Positions 26,744-36,208 of a stretch of DNA of 59,948 bases are shown piece after piece. Source of the stretch: an uncultured bacterium. GTDB taxonomy: Bacteria; Vulcanimicrobiota; JAJTBE01; CAYNGH01. The stretch's first letter is position 1; each line of letters opens with the position of its first letter. Where the stretch lies: NCBI GenBank assembly GCA_964396845.1, contig CAYNGH010000004.1, forward strand, positions 1-59,948, given 5' to 3'. Made by a program: the position numbers and the translations under genes. Below the pieces are notes generated by a model that worked only from the letters and a program-made list of their open reading frames with translations, was not told the origin of the DNA and ran no database searches.

Positions 26744-28133
26744 CTGTTACCTCACCGATGGTGTCATAAGGGGTGCAACCGGTAACCCGGCACTGAAAAA
26801 AACTCCCCGGCCCCGGGGGAGGCCCCTTTATGAACAGGAGTCCGTCAACCTCCGGCGCATCGTTTATTGTTCTTCCAATAGCTATGGTCCCTGGCGGAAG
26901 GTTCGTCAAACCGGATATTTCACCGGTGTTCATATCCAGCATCACTTCCCCGGCCCGGGTTTCTTCATCCAGGATCTCCTCGCAAACCGCGCTGATGGTG
27001 GTTCCCACCAGCTCACCTCGAAGCTGAAGGGATATCTCCTGCTGAACCTCCATAAGAGCATCGGCTCTCCGCCGGGCTTCTGCTCCCGAGGGTCTTGTCC
27101 TGAACCGGGCTGACGGGGTTCCCTCCTCGGGAGAATATGGAAACACCCCGCAGTGATAAAAACGGCTCTCCCGGACAAAATCCATCAGGTGTTCAAAACG
27201 TTTTCCGGTTTCACCGGGATGCCCCACAATAAAGGCAGTGCGGATAACAGCCCCGGGAAGATAAGTTCGAATTTTTTCTATCACAGCCCTGGGATCTGTC
27301 CCATGAGGCCGGCCCATTTTCCTGAGGACTTCCCCATGGGAATGCTGAAGGGGAATGTCCACATAAGGGCAGATGTTTTTATGGGTTGCCATGGTTTTCA
27401 AAACATCCACTGACAGGGATGTGGGGTAGGCATACATAAGCCGTATCCAGCGGATTCCCTCCACCGACGAAAGCCTTTGAAGAAGCTCCGCCAGCCGGGG
27501 TCTGCCGTAAAGGTCCATACCATAAAGAGTGGTATCCTGAGCCACCAGGGTCAGCTCCCCCACCCCCATGGCGGAAAGATGGCGGGCCTGATCCACTGCT
27601 GTTTCCATGGGGACTGAACGGTATCTGCCCCGAATTTTCGGTATGATGCAGAAACTGCAACGGTGAGAGCATCCATCGGCAATCTTCATATATGCCCGGT
27701 GGGGTGGATCCGGGGAAGCCATGGGCAGGTCTGCAAAACTGTCGGGAGGGGGATCCCGGTAAAGACGGCAGGTTTTCCCCGACAGGGCTGATTTTGCCAC
27801 TTCGGGTATCCGGGACAGATCCGAGATGCCCATCCAGGCATCCACCTAGGGTAATTCATCCGCCAGTTGATCCTTGTAATGCTGGGCCATGCACCCCGTC
27901 ACAATCAGTGAGCCACCGCTTTCGTCCTTTATCCGGGCTGCCTCCAGAATGGTGTCGATGGATTCCTCCCGGGCTGGGCCGATGAAACAGCAGGTGTTTA
28001 CAATCAACACCCCGGCGGATTCCGGGTCATCTTCCCGGCGGAACCCCGCCTGTTCCAGCAGGGCCGTCATGTTGCCTGAATCCACTGTGTTTTTTGGACA
28101 ACCCAAAGTAATGATATGAAAGGTTTCCGCCAT
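26727..28133 (-). pseudogene. rimO: rimO (ribosomal protein S12 methylthiotransferase) interrupted by one in-frame TAG at 27848..27846
   Basis: The two track ORFs (27846..28133 and 26727..27845) are in the same frame. Together they read ...DQLADELP*VDAWMG... The MTTase N-domain (ITLGCPKNTVDS, NTCCF), the radical-SAM CSHRCSFC motif and the TRAM end are all otherwise intact. The stop sits where RimO proteins have the E of the conserved PEVD. Confidence 0.8.
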
Positions 28134-28141
28134 TCTACCCC

Positions 28142-28927
28142 CTAATTCTCCCTGAAGGACTCCCGGTTGACGATATTGTAACTGCTGATTTCAAACAGGT
28201 TTAAAATGACATCGCTTCCCTGGTAGAATTTTTGTTCTTCCCGAACCCTGCCGATACCGGGAGCATACCAGATGATGCTTTCAATCTCCTGTCCCCCGTC
28301 GGATTTGCCAAAGAGAGAAATCTTGATGCAGTCATGATCCCGGTTCATCACGTGGATTCTTTCCCTGCCCAGATATTTATATTCAAGGGATCCCTTCACC
28401 TGTATCACTTCAGGGGGATGGGGATTCTGGGGATCCACTTCTTCCTCGTTCTGGGAAAGATTCAGGTTCATTACCCCTTCCCATTTCCAGCTGTCCCCTT
28501 CCTGGGGACGGTTCTTGAAGCGCATTTCGTTATCGGTATGGCGGATGTCCACCTGGAGTGACGGAAACAGCCGACGAATCCGGAAATACAGGGGAAAAGC
28601 CCGCTTGGTGCAGAAGATCCCCTCATCTGTCTTGGCCAGAAACTCCCGATACTGGGCAATGGAGGGAACCTTTCCCTCGATGCTGAAACGATCCACCACA
28701 TAGCATTCCAGGGTATCCACCCTCTCCTTGCCAACTACCTTGATGACTTCCTTTCCCATCTTGGTCATCCCCTCGGGCATATATGTCAACACATTATATT
28801 CCCAGTAACTCCCCACTCCAAGGGGATAATAGTCCCGGGATGCTCCCCGATCCCCGCATCCGGTCAGGGCAATCCCGCCGGCAACAAACAAGGCGAGAAT
28901 AACCGTTAGGGTGATATATCTTTTCAT
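28142..28927 (-). CDS. Lipoprotein of unknown function
   Basis: Signal peptide plus lipobox MKRYITLTVILALFVAGGIALTG|C. I recognise no family. Confidence 0.65.
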   Translation of the reverse strand: MKRYITLTVILALFVAGGIALTGCGDRGASRDYYPLGVGSYWEYNVLTYMPEGMTKMGKEVIKVVGKERVDTLECYVVDRFSIEGKVPSIAQYREFLAKTDEGIFCTKRAFPLYFRIRRLFPSLQVDIRHTDNEMRFKNRPQEGDSWKWEGVMNLNLSQNEEEVDPQNPHPPEVIQVKGSLEYKYLGRERIHVMNRDHDCIKISLFGKSDGGQEIESIIWYAPGIGRVREEQKFYQGSDVILNLFEISSYNIVNRESFREN

Positions 28928-28952
28928 TCACTTTCCTCCAGAAACTAATATT

Positions 28953-30032
28953 TCAGCTTTTTAGCCGTCGTTTTTCCAGTTCATCATACATATGCCGGGC
29001 AAAGGGTTTCAAAGCCTTCCCCAGCTCACTCTTCCCTGATTCCAGGTTATCCAGCCCCAGGGTTGAAAAAGTAATTTTTCGCTTTCCCAGTGTAACAGTG
29101 CCCAATTCCTTATCTGACTTCTGGCGGTGCCATAAAAAACAAACCCCGTCGGGACCTTCCCGGTCAAACTTCAACGACTTGTGGGATTCCAGCGCCTTTC
29201 TGGCTCCGTCATAATCCTCCAGCATAAAATGAGCAATGCTCCGGCTCACCCTGTCTTTTTCTTTTTCCTGGATGCTCTCTTCGGGTTCTACAGGAGTTTC
29301 CCCGTCGAAATCCGGGCCTGACCCGTCATCGGTGATGAAGTCATCGGTGTTTCGCACTACCATTTGAATATGATTAAAAACATAGCCCTTCCTGGTGAGA
29401 ATTTCTTCAAGGGTTGGTGGGACTATGGCTCCCGGTTCCACCAGTTTCTGCTGAAGGATCATCAGGAACTGTTCTTTCATATCATAGGGATAAACATATA
29501 TGTCGCCGGCGGAATGAACTTTCTTCTCATATTCCACAACACGCAGGCCAAAAAAATACAGGCCATCCCCCAGAGCAGATATTCTCGGATCCTGAAGCCG
29601 AACCCCCTCCATAGTGAAGAGATCCCGCAAAATCAAAGTGCCGTCGCCGGGGTCAATATCCACAAGGTCATAAAGACTCAGATGAGATTGAGCCACCTTC
29701 TTGAGAATATCCTGTTCCCATTCCTGGAGGCTCCGGCCTGTTTCCTCATCAAGGAACTCCAGCAGAAAAGACTTCTCCTGCCCCGACCCCTGGTAATCAC
29801 AAAGGAACCAGAGCATAAAATTATAGTGATCAATAGGTTTGACTGCATCAATATTCAGCTTCTGCCCCGGCCTGATCATAAAGAACAGATCCCTGGCTCT
29901 GCTTAATTTGTCAGCGTATTGGGGCTTTTCAAACTGGGACATGGCCAGACTGAGCAGTTCTGACACATCCCGGCGGAACCGCTGGGGGGAAATATCTTTG
30001 CCGTTGAGAGATTCTGCAGTTTTCTCACTCAT
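28953..30032 (-). CDS. Hypothetical protein (359 aa), translationally coupled to the upstream lyase gene
   Basis: A long ORF with coding-like composition. Its ATG (30032..30030) overlaps the TGA (30031..30029) of the lyase gene as ATGA. I recognise no motifs. Confidence 0.6.
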   Translation of the reverse strand: MSEKTAESLNGKDISPQRFRRDVSELLSLAMSQFEKPQYADKLSRARDLFFMIRPGQKLNIDAVKPIDHYNFMLWFLCDYQGSGQEKSFLLEFLDEETGRSLQEWEQDILKKVAQSHLSLYDLVDIDPGDGTLILRDLFTMEGVRLQDPRISALGDGLYFFGLRVVEYEKKVHSAGDIYVYPYDMKEQFLMILQQKLVEPGAIVPPTLEEILTRKGYVFNHIQMVVRNTDDFITDDGSGPDFDGETPVEPEESIQEKEKDRVSRSIAHFMLEDYDGARKALESHKSLKFDREGPDGVCFLWHRQKSDKELGTVTLGKRKITFSTLGLDNLESGKSELGKALKPFARHMYDELEKRRLKS

Positions 30033-31444
30033 ATATTTACCTTCTGTTCAGTTTTCGATGATGTCGCCATCAGGGGGACCTGTCTGAACCGGGCAGTGAA
30101 ATGCTTCAGCACCGGGGGTTCGTATGTGAATTCCACCCCTGTTATGGACTCCCGGTTTTCCCGGATTTCTGAAAAGACCCGGGCCACGTATTCGAGATGG
30201 CCCCGGGTATAAACCCGCCGGGGAATGGCCAGTCGTACCAGATCCAGCTGGGGATAGACAATCTCTCCCTGGGAATCCCTGTGCATGAACATTACGCTTC
30301 CCACTTCCACTGCCCGGATGCCTCCCTGGCGGTAAAGCTCCACCACAAGGGCTTGTCCCGGGAAAAGATGCCGGGGAATATGAGAAAGAAAACCTGCAGC
30401 ATCCACATACACCGCGTGGCCTCCCACAGGCTCCACCACCGGCACTCCAGCTTCCTTCAGCTTCCGGGCAAGATAAGCGGTATGTTCAACCCGGTAGCGC
30501 AGATAATCCTGATCCTGTCCTTCGTAAAGCCCCACCACCATAGCTTCCATGTCCCGGCCCGAAAGGCCCCCGTATGTGGGGAACCCTTCGATGACCACCA
30601 TCTTCTGATGAACCAGTCGCATGAATTCTTCGTCCCGGCTGGCCAGAAATCCGCCGATATTCACCAGGGCATCTTTCTTTGCGCTCATGGTGGCGCCGTC
30701 GGCATAAGAGAAAATCTCCCGGGCAATCTCCCGGATGGATCGGTTGGCGTAGCCTTCTTCCCTCTGCTGGATGAAATAGCTGTTCTCGGCATAACGGCAG
30801 GCATCTATATAGAATGGAATCTTGTGATCCTTGTAAACCTGGGCGGTGCGACGGATATTGTCCATGGACACCGGCTGTCCCCCGACGCTGTTATTGGTGA
30901 TGGTTATCATCCCCACCGGGATCTTATCAGCCCCGGTAGAAGTAATAAAATTCGCCAGTTTTTCGATGTCCATATTCCCCTTGAAGGGATGGTTGCTTTT
31001 AACCGTGTGGGCTTCGTCTATCATCAGATCCACTGCGTGGGCTTTGTTCACCTCCACATTAGCCCTGGTGGTGTCAAAGTGGGTGTTGTTGGGAACATAA
31101 TCCCCAGGCTTCAGCTTCACAAAAAACAACAGATTTTCCGCAGCCCGTCCCTGGTGAGTGGGCACATAATATGGAAACCCCATCAGATCCCGGATGGCTC
31201 GTTCCAGATTCCGATAATTTCTACAACCTGCATAGGACTCGTCCCCCATCATCAATGCTGCCCACTGCCGATCACTCATGGCAGAGGTCCCGCTGTCGGT
31301 GAGAAGATCGATGAATATGTTGTCGGCATCAACCCCGAACAGGTTGTATCCTGCATCCTGGAGTACTTTTTCCCTTTCGTTTCTGTGGATGAGCCGGATA
31401 GGCTCCACCATCTTGATTCGAAACAGTTCCGGCAGATTGTTCAT
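30029..31444 (-). CDS. Beta-eliminating lyase (tryptophanase / tyrosine phenol-lyase family)
   Basis: FRIKMVEPIRL...DLLTDSGTSAMSDRQWAALMMGDESYAG...PTHQGRAAENLLF, plus the PLP-lysine context SAKKDALVNIGG. Confidence 0.9.
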   Translation of the reverse strand: MNNLPELFRIKMVEPIRLIHRNEREKVLQDAGYNLFGVDADNIFIDLLTDSGTSAMSDRQWAALMMGDESYAGCRNYRNLERAIRDLMGFPYYVPTHQGRAAENLLFFVKLKPGDYVPNNTHFDTTRANVEVNKAHAVDLMIDEAHTVKSNHPFKGNMDIEKLANFITSTGADKIPVGMITITNNSVGGQPVSMDNIRRTAQVYKDHKIPFYIDACRYAENSYFIQQREEGYANRSIREIAREIFSYADGATMSAKKDALVNIGGFLASRDEEFMRLVHQKMVVIEGFPTYGGLSGRDMEAMVVGLYEGQDQDYLRYRVEHTAYLARKLKEAGVPVVEPVGGHAVYVDAAGFLSHIPRHLFPGQALVVELYRQGGIRAVEVGSVMFMHRDSQGEIVYPQLDLVRLAIPRRVYTRGHLEYVARVFSEIRENRESITGVEFTYEPPVLKHFTARFRQVPLMATSSKTEQKVNI

Positions 31445-31641
31445 GAGGCCTCCCCGGGCCTTCGCCCGCTGATAATAATTTGTCCCCCGCAGGAATCAAC
31501 AGTGACAATCCTGCGGGCAGGCAGATCATTCTTCGTTCTTGGAGGGGCATTCCCTGCCGGGGGATTAATGCCGGGAGCAGGTTTTCAATGGCATCTGTTG
31601 AATCAGGGGATAAATCCGGCGGCCCCGGCAGGAGGAAGCCT

Positions 31642-32475
31642 TTGAACCTGTTAAAAGACATAACCATCGGCCAGTACGTCCCGGGAGAATCACCGGTACA
31701 CCGGCTGGATCCCCGGGTAAAGATTGCCCTGGTATTCATTATGATGGTGGAGCTGTTTCTTGTTCATTCCTGGCTGAGCTTTGCTTTCATTACCGCCCTT
31801 CTTTTCATCGTAACCGCAATGTCAAGGCTTCCCATGGCTTATGTCCTGCGGGGTCTTCGTCCCATCATCATTCTGGTTCTCATCACCCTGGTGTTCAACC
31901 TGTTCTTTTCCCAGGGTACTGTTATTTGGGAATATCATTTCCGCCTGTTTGGCGATTTCACCATCAGTATAACCCGGGAAGGACTGGACACAGGCCTGAT
32001 GATGGCAGTCCGGCTGATCCTGTTAGTGTTTTCCACCAGCCTTCTGACCCTTACCACATCGCCGATTCAGCTGACCGATGCCCTGGAGAACCTTCTGGGC
32101 CCTTTCAAGGCTGTGGGGATCCCTGCCCACGAGATGGCCATGATGATGACCATCGCCCTGCGGTTTATTCCAGTGCTCATTGACGAAACCGACAAGATTT
32201 TCCGAGCGCAGAAATCCCGGGGAGCCAGATTCGGCAGGGGAAATATCATCGACAAAGCCCGGAGCCTTCTGCCCATACTGATCCCTCTTTTTGTTCATGC
32301 CTTCAAACATGCAGAAGATCTGGCCGCTGCGATGGAATCCCGATGCTACCGGGGCGGAGAAAACAGGACCCGGCTTCGTCAGCTTTCCATAGGCTGGGGA
32401 GATTTGACCGCGGTTATTGTCACCGGGACAATTCTTGCCGGAGCTGTATGGCTGGATGTTTATGGAAAGATATAA
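31642..32475 (+). CDS. ecfT: ECF transporter transmembrane (T) component
   Basis: I prefer the TTG at 31642 after AGGAGGA, giving MNLLKDITIGQYVPGESPVHRLDPRVKI. The T-component motifs IALRFIP and AQKSRGA are present. The track's N-terminal extension from 31480 is not credible. Confidence 0.85.
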   Translation: MNLLKDITIGQYVPGESPVHRLDPRVKIALVFIMMVELFLVHSWLSFAFITALLFIVTAMSRLPMAYVLRGLRPIIILVLITLVFNLFFSQGTVIWEYHFRLFGDFTISITREGLDTGLMMAVRLILLVFSTSLLTLTTSPIQLTDALENLLGPFKAVGIPAHEMAMMMTIALRFIPVLIDETDKIFRAQKSRGARFGRGNIIDKARSLLPILIPLFVHAFKHAEDLAAAMESRCYRGGENRTRLRQLSIGWGDLTAVIVTGTILAGAVWLDVYGKI

Positions 32476-33277
32476 GGCAGTAATCGAATATGACGGCACC
32501 TGTTTTTCCGGGTTTCAGATCCAGAAGACCCCGGGGATTATCACGGTTCAAGGGCGCCTTGAAGAAGTACTCTCAAAAATATTTGCCTGCCATATAAAGG
32601 TCTGTGGCGCTGGCAGAACCGACTCGGGGGTTCACGCCACAGGACAGGTGATACATTTTGATGCTCCCGGGCCCATGGATGCAGAAAAACTGACCCGGGC
32701 AATCAACGGTCTGCTGAAGGGGGAAGTTTCCGTGTCCAGCCTGTCGCCGGTGCCGGGGGATTTTCATGCCCGGTTTGACGCGGTGGGACGCCATTACCTG
32801 TATCTGCTGGATAACTCTCCCGGCCCCAGAGCGCTTCTTCATCGGCGGGCCTGGCATCATTCGGTTCATTTGGATGTTGCCCTGATGCGGGATGGTATAT
32901 CCCGGCTGGTGGGAACCCATGACTTCACCTTGTTTGCCAAAGGAATCGGAGAGATTGAAAACCGGGTGCGGAGTTTGTCCCACGGGGAGATTATAACCGG
33001 GGATCAGCTGTCCTTATCTTGTTCCCTGCCCTTTCCCCTGCCCATGGGAATTGATCGCCCGGGGATGATCCTGTTTTATTTTTATGGCCCTTCATTCCTC
33101 CACAGCCAGGTTCGCCTGATGGTGGGAAACCTGGTGCTGACAGGGAAAAAAGCCATCGAACCGGACCACATTGACAAGATGCTTACAGGAGATCACCGAT
33201 ATGCCACCGGGGCTGTGAATGTGCCGGGATATGGATTATACCTGGCAAAGGTTGACTATCCCGGGGATTCCTGCTGA
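32462..33277 (+). CDS. truA: tRNA pseudouridine(38-40) synthase TruA
   Basis: MERYKAVIEYDGTCFSGFQIQ and the catalytic motif GAGRTDSGVHATGQV. The ATG at 32462 overlaps the ecfT end by 14 nt. Confidence 0.92.
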   Translation: MERYKAVIEYDGTCFSGFQIQKTPGIITVQGRLEEVLSKIFACHIKVCGAGRTDSGVHATGQVIHFDAPGPMDAEKLTRAINGLLKGEVSVSSLSPVPGDFHARFDAVGRHYLYLLDNSPGPRALLHRRAWHHSVHLDVALMRDGISRLVGTHDFTLFAKGIGEIENRVRSLSHGEIITGDQLSLSCSLPFPLPMGIDRPGMILFYFYGPSFLHSQVRLMVGNLVLTGKKAIEPDHIDKMLTGDHRYATGAVNVPGYGLYLAKVDYPGDSC

Positions 33278-34191
33278 GCCGGGGCTTCTACCCGTGGCTC
33301 CGGGGGAGGTGCTCCCGATTCCAGCCGTTCCATGGTTTCTTTTATCACTGTTTCGTCAGTTTCGTCCCATTTATACACCCGCAGGGCCTGCCGGTAATAT
33401 GCCACAGCATCTTCCTTTTGCGCCAGGGAGGCATAGCAGTCGCCAAGGTTGCGGTTGACCCTGCCCCGGTATTCGTTGGCGCTGATGTTTCCCGAGGGAA
33501 AGTGAGAATTATTCAGGCATTCCCGATAATGCTCGATGGCTTTGTCATATTCCCGTCGTTTCATGTAAATATCCGCCAGGGAGCTGAGGCTGTTGATATG
33601 GGCAGGGTTTAACTCAAGAATCCGCAACAGGTGTTCTTCTCCCTGAAGAGATTCTTTGTCTTCCTCAAAGAATTTCCTGGCCCGGATCCACAAGGCTGTA
33701 GAATAGTTTTCAACTGCCGTTGGTTCACCGGTTTTTTTCTGGAGGATCTCCTCCCACACTTCACGGGCTTTTTCGAAGTCTTCCATCCGGGAATAAACCG
33801 CGGCGAGGTTGTTCATAAGAGATATATCGCCGGGTTTAATGTCCAGTGCCCGTTTCAGGGCGTAAAGGGCTGCCTTGAAGTTTCCCTTGTTGAAATAATC
33901 GTTCACTGCAATCTTTCGGATCTCATAGGCGTCATCCAGTTTGTCAACGGCAATCTGCTGGGAAAGGGCCATCACCGGGTCCAGCAGTTCCAGCACTCCC
34001 TCTTGATCCTCAGGAGGCAGGGTTTCTGATTTGGCCAGGCTCACAAGGGCATCCAGGGCGGTCTTTTTCAGGGATTCATCTTCTCCCTTCAGATATTGGG
34101 CCAGCTTTCGCACATCTTTCTTCTCGATATATTTCTGGACTTTTTTCTTCTCACCGCCAAGCAGAAAATCGAATATCCCCATGATTGTCAC
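33256..34191 (-). CDS. TPR-repeat protein
   Basis: TPR units such as GNFKAALYALKRALDIKPGD, EDFEKAREVWEEILQ, REYDKAIEHYRECL and KEDAVAYYRQALRV. It converges on truA and overlaps it by 22 nt. Confidence 0.8.
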   Translation of the reverse strand: MTIMGIFDFLLGGEKKKVQKYIEKKDVRKLAQYLKGEDESLKKTALDALVSLAKSETLPPEDQEGVLELLDPVMALSQQIAVDKLDDAYEIRKIAVNDYFNKGNFKAALYALKRALDIKPGDISLMNNLAAVYSRMEDFEKAREVWEEILQKKTGEPTAVENYSTALWIRARKFFEEDKESLQGEEHLLRILELNPAHINSLSSLADIYMKRREYDKAIEHYRECLNNSHFPSGNISANEYRGRVNRNLGDCYASLAQKEDAVAYYRQALRVYKWDETDETVIKETMERLESGAPPPEPRVEAPAQQESPG

Positions 34192-34298
34192 CCCCCAATA
34201 ATTATTTCATCGATATTCTTGAGTTTTTCTTTCGTTTTTCCGGGGGATTATCCTCCATCATCGGGAGGAGTGCCGGGGGATCCTCGGAGAAGATTAAT

Positions 34299-35708
34299 TT
34301 GGTGAATAATGAAGAAGAACATAGGGCCGGCTACGGCCTCTTCTGGCCTGGGCGGGGATCTGCCGGGGGGCCGGCAGAAAAACCTCCGGAATTCCTCCTG
34401 ACAGGGCCTGACGGAAGCATCCTGAACCCCGCATCTCCGGGGGATCTGCTCATTGAAGGGGACAACCTGGAGGCCCTGCGGATTCTGGCCGGGATCATGC
34501 CGGGACAGGTGGATTTCATCTATATAGATCCTCCATACAACACGGGAAAGAACATGGCATACCGGGACAATTTTTCCACCTGCCGGCGGGCAAATTCTCA
34601 GGTTCATCCAGGTGCCCTTCGTCATGGCGCCTGGCTGTCTATGATGTTCCCACTACTGGTGCTGGCCCGGAGGCTCCTGTCGCCGGGTGGGGTCATGTAT
34701 ATCAGCATTGATGATCGGGAGCTTCCCGGTTTGATACTGATTGCCGATGAAATATTCGGCGAAGAAAACCGCGCCGGGATTATAACCTGGGTCAAAAAAA
34801 AGAAGGGAAGCCACCTTTCCCGGGCCTTGCGGGGAATGACCGAGTATGTCCTGGTTTACGGCAGGGATATAAAGAAACTGGATCTTTACGGCGAGGATGC
34901 CTATTCTCATAAATGGCAACCCCTGATCAAGAGGGTGAACCGGGAGCATGTCCTCACTTTTGGTGCCGGTGTGGTGGAAACAACTCTCCCGGGGAGTTTC
35001 TATCCCCGGGGCACATACGGTAACGGCGGCACCGGGGTGGAGCTTCTTGGCGACATACACATAAAAGAAGGACGCATCCGCAACAGTTTTTCCATCAAGG
35101 CCCGCACTGTGTGGACTCAAAAAAAGCTGGACCGGGAGATTCTCCTTGGCACCAGGGTTTCCATCCGTTCAGAAAAGATGGGCCCCAGCGTGTTCCGCCA
35201 CGACCAGCACAAGAAGAAAAAATCCCCTCCCACATTGCTGGATCACAATGCCGGTATCGGCACCAATGAAGATGCCTGGCAGGAATTCCGGGAAATCTTA
35301 GGGGGCGCGGAGCCGGTGTTTTTTTATCCCAAACCCCTGTCCCTGATCCGTTATCTTGTTAACACCATAAGCCGGGGGAGTTCCGGGGGAATATTCCTGG
35401 ATTTTTTCGCAGGCACCGGCACCACGGGCCAGGCAGTATGGCAGGCCAACCTTGCCGACGGCGGGGATCGTCGGTTTATTCTGGTGCAGAACAAAGAACC
35501 CATCAATCCTCCTGTTTCACTTCCCGGCGGCGACAAAATAACCGACATGGCCCGGCTGTGCCGGGAGCGTCTTCAAAAGGCTCCCGAAAGCAAGCCCTTT
35601 GCCCTGGGAAGACTGATCAAAAACCCCGGCATGGAAACCCAGAAACCGGATACAACCCCATGCATGGTTTCTTCAAAAGGATACCCTGGAAATTCGTTGA
35701 ATGAATAA
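34299..35708 (+). CDS. Site-specific DNA amino-methyltransferase (N6-adenine/N4-cytosine, beta-class, Mod-like)
   Basis: Motif IV IYIDPPYNTG lies near the N-terminus and motif I DFFAGTGTTGQA near the C-terminus, with a variable region between them. The start is uncertain: TTG 34299, GTG 34302, or the track start at 34185, which would overlap the divergent TPR gene. Confidence 0.85.
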   Translation: MVNNEEEHRAGYGLFWPGRGSAGGPAEKPPEFLLTGPDGSILNPASPGDLLIEGDNLEALRILAGIMPGQVDFIYIDPPYNTGKNMAYRDNFSTCRRANSQVHPGALRHGAWLSMMFPLLVLARRLLSPGGVMYISIDDRELPGLILIADEIFGEENRAGIITWVKKKKGSHLSRALRGMTEYVLVYGRDIKKLDLYGEDAYSHKWQPLIKRVNREHVLTFGAGVVETTLPGSFYPRGTYGNGGTGVELLGDIHIKEGRIRNSFSIKARTVWTQKKLDREILLGTRVSIRSEKMGPSVFRHDQHKKKKSPPTLLDHNAGIGTNEDAWQEFREILGGAEPVFFYPKPLSLIRYLVNTISRGSSGGIFLDFFAGTGTTGQAVWQANLADGGDRRFILVQNKEPINPPVSLPGGDKITDMARLCRERLQKAPESKPFALGRLIKNPGMETQKPDTTPCMVSSKGYPGNSLNE

Positions 35709-36207
35709 TGGCATGTTTTATATTGGTGTTATAGGTGCAGGAGATGCCCGGGGAGATGATGTCCAGGTGGCCCGGGAAGTGGGCCGTCTTGTGGCCAGGT
35801 CCGGCGGGGTGTTGATTTGTGGCGGTCTTGGGGGTGTGATGGAAGAAGCCTGTCGGGGCGCAAAAGAAGAAGGGGGCGTCACCATCGGGGTCCTTCCCAC
35901 AGGCCGGAGGGATTCTGCCAACCCTTATGTGGATTACGCCATCGTCACGGGACTGGGGGAAGCCCGCAACAGTATTGTTGCCAGGACCAGCGATGCCCTG
36001 GTGGCAGTAGGTGGCAGTTACGGCACTCTCTCGGAAATAGCCTTTGCCCTGAAACTGGGCAAGCCGGTGGCCGGGGTGGCTTCGTGGAAACTCCAGCAGG
36101 GCCGGGGAGAGCCGGTTCCCATAATACAATGCAAAGACGCCGAAACTGCAGTCCGGGAGGTTTTATCCCGCCTGGCGGACAGATCATCTATGAGAGAAAG
36201 GTCTTGA
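35701..36207 (+). CDS. TIGR00725-type LOG/SLOG-fold Rossmann protein
   Basis: IGVIGAGDA...LICGGLGGVMEEACRGAKEEGGVTIGVLP...AVGGSYGTLSEIAFALKLGKPV. The ATG overlaps the methyltransferase stop by 8 nt. Confidence 0.8.
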   Translation: MNNGMFYIGVIGAGDARGDDVQVAREVGRLVARSGGVLICGGLGGVMEEACRGAKEEGGVTIGVLPTGRRDSANPYVDYAIVTGLGEARNSIVARTSDALVAVGGSYGTLSEIAFALKLGKPVAGVASWKLQQGRGEPVPIIQCKDAETAVREVLSRLADRSSMRERS

Positions 36208-36208
36208 T

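Noticed and set aside
27846-27848. The in-frame TAG in rimO as evidence for amber reassignment or pyrrolysine.
   Set aside because: TAG clearly terminates other genes here, for example the ankyrin gene at 3652..3654 and the M29 peptidase gene at 44547..44549. No other gene is broken by TAG. The position corresponds to a conserved Glu, so a point mutation or an error is the simpler explanation.
30197-31645. A 482-aa plus-strand ORF spanning the whole lyase gene in antisense.
   Set aside because: It is a shadow ORF. It lies entirely opposite a strongly conserved gene. Its translation is low-complexity (His/Pro/Gly/Ile-rich) with no motif. Long antisense frames recur over many conserved genes in this window.
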